DNA from: Bacteroidota bacterium
Lineage (GTDB): Bacteria; Bacteroidota; Bacteroidia; Flavobacteriales; Flavobacteriaceae
Length of the DNA stretch: 64,000 nt
Direction of reading: 5' to 3'
Assembly (NCBI GenBank): GCA_046051865.1
Contig: JBJONL010000058.1
Coordinates: forward strand, 41,916-105,915
The translations under genes were made by a program, and so were the position numbers. This document shows, one piece after another, positions 58,930-64,000 of this stretch; the first letter of the stretch is position 1; each line of letters opens with the position of its first letter. Below the pieces are notes generated by a model, which was not told the DNA's origin, searched no databases, and saw only the letters and a list, made by a program, of their open reading frames with translations.

Positions 58930-60696
58930 TTATTTTCCAGTTATAATCCAATTGTTGATTTTCTTTTCTAGCAATTCCAGCGGCAATACGCCCGATTCTA
59001 ATACTTTTTGATGGAAGATTTTAATCTCGAACTTGTCTTTCATCTTGTCTTTTGCTTTTTGACGTAATTCTAGTATTTTCAATTGTCCTATTTTATAGGA
59101 TAATGCTTGTCCAGGAATGGCCATATAACGTTCAATCTCAGAAGTGATACTAGCTTCTGTTTCAGCCTCGTTGTCTAAGGAGTATTTAATCGCTTGTTCC
59201 CGACTCCATCCTTTATTGTGTAAGCCGGTGTCCACTACTAATCGTATAGCTCTGTGCATTTCGTCATTTAGCATCCCTAAATATTGATAAGGGTCTTTGT
59301 ATAATCCTAATTCTTTTCCTAGACTTTCACAGTATAAGGCCCAACCTTCACCATAAGCACCAAACCAATTAAATTTTCTAAAATCTGGTAAAGTTTTACT
59401 TTCTTGTTGTAGTGAGATTTGGAAATGATGTCCTGGAATAGCTTCGTGTAAAAACAAATCTTCATCTTCCAAGATGTTATAGTTTTTTACATCAGGGATA
59501 GGCACATAAAAAGTTCCAGGTCTACTTCCGTCGGCTGATCCTTGCATATATTCTGCGCTGGCTGTTTTTTCTCTAAACGCTTCCGTTCTTTTTATCCGGA
59601 AAGGTGTTTTAGGTTGCAATGAGAACAATTTGTCAACATTAGGTTTTATCGTCTTATATATTCTTTCAAAATTATCCATTACTTGCTGAGGGTCAGTAAA
59701 AGGTCGAAGTTCTTTTTTAGTCCGTACGTCATTTAAGAACTCTTTTAAAGTACCTTTGAAGCCTACTTCATTTTTTACTTTTTCCATTTCAGCATTTAAC
59801 AAGGCTACTTCTTTTAAACCTAGTTCATGTATTTCAGAAGGATTTTTTTCGGTTGTGGTCCATTGTTTTACAAGTGTTTTGTATAAATTATTCCCTCCTG
59901 GCAAACTACCAATACCACTTGTGCTTCGACATGCAGGAACATATTCATTTTTCATAAAAGCGACTAATTTTTGAAATTGTGGGATTAATTTCAAATTAAT
60001 TGTTGCTACATATTCTTTGGTTAAGTTGTTTTTTTCCTCTTCAGTAAAGTCCGTTGGGAATTTTTTACAACTAGAGTAAAACAAGTTGTCTTCTGCATTT
60101 GAAGTTATCATGTCTTCAAATTGTGGAACCACTTTTATGGCTAATGATTTCGGAAGCACAACTTTATTAGTGATTCCTTTTTTCATATAGACCATGGCAG
60201 AATCCATCCAAACGGCATAGAGGTCCATTCTTTTCAAGAATTTTTTATAATCCTGAACGGTTTTAAAGGGTTGAGCACTTTCGGCACTAGCAAACTGACC
60301 CATGGTTATATGCGTACCGTCAAACTGCTGTATTGGTATTAAATTGTTATTTTGTTTTAATAATTCGATACCAACTTCAGATTCCCATTTAATAATCTCG
60401 TAACTATTTTTCTCCTCTTCTGATAATTGGGTAGTGTCAATACTTTCCAATTCTTTTAAATATTTTTTATAAAAAGAGTCTTTCTTTTTTCGGTAAGAAT
60501 TTGTCATTTCGAATACCAATTGATCGTCATAATCATGTTGGTCGCTTTGGGTAGCATCTAATGGATTCAATGCGTTTTTTTCATTGAAATAAGAATCGGT
60601 AATCGCATTAAAGTCTTGACTTTTTTTATCGGATTTACAGTTTACAAACAATAACGACAAGAAAAACATCGTTAAAATAGGATTTGTTTTTTTCAT
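58930..60696 (-). CDS. DUF885 family lipoprotein (metallopeptidase-like)
   Basis: Lipobox FVNC, HEAIPGHHFQ, EGWALY, RLVVDTGLH, PGQALSY. Confidence 0.92.
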   Translation of the reverse strand: MKKTNPILTMFFLSLLFVNCKSDKKSQDFNAITDSYFNEKNALNPLDATQSDQHDYDDQLVFEMTNSYRKKKDSFYKKYLKELESIDTTQLSEEEKNSYEIIKWESEVGIELLKQNNNLIPIQQFDGTHITMGQFASAESAQPFKTVQDYKKFLKRMDLYAVWMDSAMVYMKKGITNKVVLPKSLAIKVVPQFEDMITSNAEDNLFYSSCKKFPTDFTEEEKNNLTKEYVATINLKLIPQFQKLVAFMKNEYVPACRSTSGIGSLPGGNNLYKTLVKQWTTTEKNPSEIHELGLKEVALLNAEMEKVKNEVGFKGTLKEFLNDVRTKKELRPFTDPQQVMDNFERIYKTIKPNVDKLFSLQPKTPFRIKRTEAFREKTASAEYMQGSADGSRPGTFYVPIPDVKNYNILEDEDLFLHEAIPGHHFQISLQQESKTLPDFRKFNWFGAYGEGWALYCESLGKELGLYKDPYQYLGMLNDEMHRAIRLVVDTGLHNKGWSREQAIKYSLDNEAETEASITSEIERYMAIPGQALSYKIGQLKILELRQKAKDKMKDKFEIKIFHQKVLESGVLPLELLEKKINNWIITGK

Positions 60697-60761
60697 AAAA
60701 ATGGTTTTGATTGTATAAAACTAGTGTTATTCGATTTTGGGTTTGTCAAATTTAGAATAAA

Positions 60762-61124
60762 TTAGCCGTGGTATACCCGTGATGCTATAATATGGCCATC
60801 CTTTATTTCTAATAATTCGGCTACTAATAAATCATTTTCATTGGCGACCATACGTATGTATTCCATAAACACTCTGTCCGAATTTGAAGTTAGTGATGTG
60901 ACTTTATAGTGCAAGGAAGGCAATCGTTCAAAAGCCTCTTTCCACCACTCGCGTAAGGCCTCTTTGCCAGTCACTAATCCATTTGTTTCCGGATGATGTA
61001 TTTTAAGCTTAGGACTATAATGTTGCGCGTCATCATCATATAGGGATAATAATTTTTCCAAGTTATGAGCATTAAAGGCTTCAAACCAAAGGTGGGCAAT
61101 GGATAAGTTTTTTTCTGTTGACAT
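60762..61124 (-). CDS. NTF2/SnoaL-like protein
   Basis: WFEAFNAHNLEKLLSLY, GKEALREWW. Confidence 0.85.
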   Translation of the reverse strand: MSTEKNLSIAHLWFEAFNAHNLEKLLSLYDDDAQHYSPKLKIHHPETNGLVTGKEALREWWKEAFERLPSLHYKVTSLTSNSDRVFMEYIRMVANENDLLVAELLEIKDGHIIASRVYHG

Positions 61125-61182
61125 CGTTTTTAATTAAAAAATCCCAAATAATGGGATTTTAGAAATGTAAAAATATACTTTT

Positions 61183-62094
61183 TTAAACGTTTTTCAAATT
61201 GATAATTTCCTGCTCTGTTAGGAATCTCCAATTGCCTCGGGGTAAATTCTTTTTGGTTAAGCCAGCAAAAGAAACACGGTCAATTTTTATAACATCATAT
61301 TTAAAACTTTCAAATATAGCGCGAACTACTTTAACATTTGGGGTTCTAAGTTTTAATCCGATTTCTGTTTTTGGTTCAGTATCTATATACGAGATTTCAT
61401 CAACGAATAATTTATGACCGTCTAATGTTACTCCATTTGATATTTTTTCTAAGTCTTCAAATTTCAAGTTACGATCTAAAGACACTTGATAAATCTTAGG
61501 AGATTTTTGATTTGGCAAACTGAATTTACGAATCATATCAGTGTCGTTGGTAAATACTAAAAGTCCTGTAGTATTCTTATCCATTCTTCCAATGGGCTGT
61601 ATTTTTGCTTTAGTCGCTGTCCGAACTAACTCAATTACATTTCTGTGGTCTAAGTCGTCCTCGTTAGAAGTGGTAAAGTTTTTAGGTTTGTTAAGTAAAA
61701 TGTATTCTTTGCGTTCCGGAGTTAACACCGCGCCATCAAAATTAACTACGTCACCAGGTTTTACTTTGTATCCCATTTCAGTAATCACTTCGCCATTGAC
61801 TTTTACATTTCCCGATTGAATATATATATCAGCATCCCGACGGGAACACGCACCCGAATTAGAGATGTATTTATTCAATCGTATATCATCCGACTTCAAA
61901 GGTTTTGGGATATTATTTTGTGCTGTTTTAGCAGGCTTAATGTTTCTTTTTGCGGCGTCATCCGATGATGTAGGTTTCGCTTTCTTTGGCCCTTGTGCTC
62001 TCTTGGCCATGGCAGGTTTTGGCTTATTTGAATTTGGTCTTGAACTGTTAGATCTAGTACCATTTCGATTAGTATTGTCGTCCTTCTTATTCAT
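61183..62094 (-). CDS. S4-domain rRNA pseudouridine synthase (RluB-like)
   Basis: RLNKYIS..G.CSRR.AD, LLNKPK, IGRMDKNTTGLL. Confidence 0.9.
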   Translation of the reverse strand: MNKKDDNTNRNGTRSNSSRPNSNKPKPAMAKRAQGPKKAKPTSSDDAAKRNIKPAKTAQNNIPKPLKSDDIRLNKYISNSGACSRRDADIYIQSGNVKVNGEVITEMGYKVKPGDVVNFDGAVLTPERKEYILLNKPKNFTTSNEDDLDHRNVIELVRTATKAKIQPIGRMDKNTTGLLVFTNDTDMIRKFSLPNQKSPKIYQVSLDRNLKFEDLEKISNGVTLDGHKLFVDEISYIDTEPKTEIGLKLRTPNVKVVRAIFESFKYDVIKIDRVSFAGLTKKNLPRGNWRFLTEQEIINLKNV

Positions 62095-62224
62095 ATATTC
62101 TTTATTTGTTTGCAAAGATACGCATTTAAGCTTCTTTCTAGTAGCAATTTGTGGCTAGCTACTACATCTTTTACTTTTCTAAGAAAAAGCTAATAAACGT
62201 GATAGTGATTGGAAGGAAATTGAT

Positions 62225-63145
62225 TTATAATTTAAGAAGCCTTTTGCCATGTATAAGAACTTCTGGATTGATTAGTATTATACAGAAGACTCCTGTTACT
62301 ACAAGAAATTTTAAAATGTTGTGAAGCTTCAAATAAGCAAGTTTATCATTGGCTTTCCATAAATTATTTAAAAAGAATAGAAGAATAATTATACTGAGAT
62401 AAAAATAAGTATCCATATAGCCAACTTCAAATATTTCTACTAAAAAGTAAACAGGAATAACGGTCGAAATCGTAAGTAGTGTTATGATTTTTTTAGAAAA
62501 CGGTTCCCCATACAGCACCGGTATAGTTTGGTAGTCGTTGGCAATATCTCCTTTGATATTTTCTAAATCTTTTATCATTTCTCTAACTAATATTAGTAAA
62601 AACAAAAAAGTAGCATGGGCAAAAATCTGTGGATAAATGTTTTTATAGTACAATAAAATTGCGAAGAATGGCAGTACTGCTAAGAATGAAGCAGTTAAGT
62701 TGCCGATTACCACGATCTTTTTAAGTTTGTGAGAATAAAACCAAATCAGAAAAATATAAGTAGAAAAAAATAACACGGCTCTGAAAGAAACTAAACAGGC
62801 TAGTAAGGCTACAAGGAAGTTTACAGTAAAATAAACATTAAGCTTAGTCTTTTGACTTATTAATCTGTCGAGTTGAGATTTGTTCGGACGGTTTATTAAG
62901 TCTTTATTGCTGTCGTAAAAACTATTAATTATATACCCTGAAGCGATTGTAAAACTGGTTACTACAACAATAATGAACAAATTAAAATCAAGAAGTACAC
63001 TTAAAGCTCTTTTGTTTTCTGGAGCCAGAATAAAAATGGCTGAAAGATATTGTGCTAAGACAATAATTGGAATATTGTATCCACGAACCACAGAAAACAA
63101 ACTGATAATTTTCATTACAAGAAGCTTGTTTTTACGGCTGAGCAT
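62225..63145 (-). CDS. UbiA-family prenyltransferase (DGGGP-synthase-like)
   Basis: GYIINSFYD..KDLINRP, REMIKDLENIKGD, multi-TM. Confidence 0.85.
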   Translation of the reverse strand: MLSRKNKLLVMKIISLFSVVRGYNIPIIVLAQYLSAIFILAPENKRALSVLLDFNLFIIVVVTSFTIASGYIINSFYDSNKDLINRPNKSQLDRLISQKTKLNVYFTVNFLVALLACLVSFRAVLFFSTYIFLIWFYSHKLKKIVVIGNLTASFLAVLPFFAILLYYKNIYPQIFAHATFLFLLILVREMIKDLENIKGDIANDYQTIPVLYGEPFSKKIITLLTISTVIPVYFLVEIFEVGYMDTYFYLSIIILLFFLNNLWKANDKLAYLKLHNILKFLVVTGVFCIILINPEVLIHGKRLLKL

Positions 63146-63161
63146 CTAATTAAATATCAAT

Positions 63162-64000
63162 TTAGAATTGGTAAACCACTTCTAGTTTATAGTCTTTTAA
63201 AGATTCTTTAGCTTTGTCTAAATCTTGAGTAAATCCTAAAATATAACCTCCTCCTCCTGAACCACAAAGTTTTAGGTAGTAATCATTTGTATCAATTCCT
63301 TTTTGCCAAATTCCATGAAATTGTTCTGGAATCATGGGTTTGAAATTATTTAATACTACTTTGGAAAGATGTTTTGTGTTTTCAAATAAAGACTTTATAT
63401 CACCTCCTAAGAAATTTTCCACACAAGCATCAGTGTATTTAACAAATTGATTTTTTAGCATTTTACGGAAACCCTCTTCTTTTAGGTTTTCCATGAAAAT
63501 ATTTACCATAGGAGCTGTTTCTCCCACTATGCCTGAATCTAATAAGAACACAGCGCCTTTGCCTGTTGCGCTTTGAGAAGGAATGCCAGTAGCTTCGATA
63601 TTGTCTTTTGAATTGATTAGAATAGGTATACTAAGATAGCTGTTCAATGGATCTAGGCCTGAACTTTTTCCATGAAAGAAGGATTCCATTTGGGAAAATA
63701 TAGATTTTAACTGTAATAATTTATCACGAGTTAAATTTTCTAGGACGGTAATTTTATTGTGTGCATATTTATCATAGATTGCGGCTACTAAAGCGCCACT
63801 ACTTCCTACACCGTATCCTTGCGGGATACTTGAGTCAAAATACATCCCTCTTGCAACATCTGCTTTTAAAACTTCTAAATTAAAAGTTACTAATTCAGGT
63901 TGCTCTTGTTGTAATTGTTCTAAATACGTAACAAATCGTAATAAACTTTCGTTGGATTTAATGGCAGTTTCAGATGGATTTTCATCCACTTTTAATGCAC
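63162..64000 (-). CDS. mvk: Mevalonate kinase (GHMP family); 5' end lies beyond the right edge
   Basis: PQGYGVGSSGAL, HGKSSGLD, KLCGSGGGG; frame stays open to the window edge. Confidence 0.88.
   Translation of the reverse strand, partial: ALKVDENPSETAIKSNESLLRFVTYLEQLQQEQPELVTFNLEVLKADVARGMYFDSSIPQGYGVGSSGALVAAIYDKYAHNKITVLENLTRDKLLQLKSIFSQMESFFHGKSSGLDPLNSYLSIPILINSKDNIEATGIPSQSATGKGAVFLLDSGIVGETAPMVNIFMENLKEEGFRKMLKNQFVKYTDACVENFLGGDIKSLFENTKHLSKVVLNNFKPMIPEQFHGIWQKGIDTNDYYLKLCGSGGGGYILGFTQDLDKAKESLKDYKLEVVYQF

Overview
Mostly core chromosome of a Flavobacterium-like Bacteroidota genome. The evidence is T9SS C-terminal domains, TAnnTTTG -7 promoters, an exonuclease-fused DnaE, a long-tailed S16 and mevalonate kinase. 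About 60 CDS run from a partial truB to a partial mevalonate kinase, with tRNA-Asp(GTC) and tRNA-Leu(TAG). I saw no transposase, integrase, prophage or CRISPR array. The best candidate for an undescribed system is a compact four-gene module at 33.2-35.7 kb: lipoprotein, VTC-type polyphosphate-polymerase domain protein, DUF4956 membrane protein and DUF2490 outer-membrane barrel. It could form a trans-envelope polyP/phosphotransfer apparatus. About 6 kb away is a PhoP/PhoR pair divergent from a TonB receptor and a non-SusD lipoprotein, with six 11-bp-phased boxes in their shared promoter. Other signals: a synonymously diverged duplicate of the Lrp/AsnC 5' end that forms a 34-codon uORF; a 41-bp hairpin element at two distant loci; a covarying tandem repeat running into the leuS ATG; a collapsed second tRNA-Asp; and a 22-bp tandem array. 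All family calls come from motif recognition by eye, not database searches.
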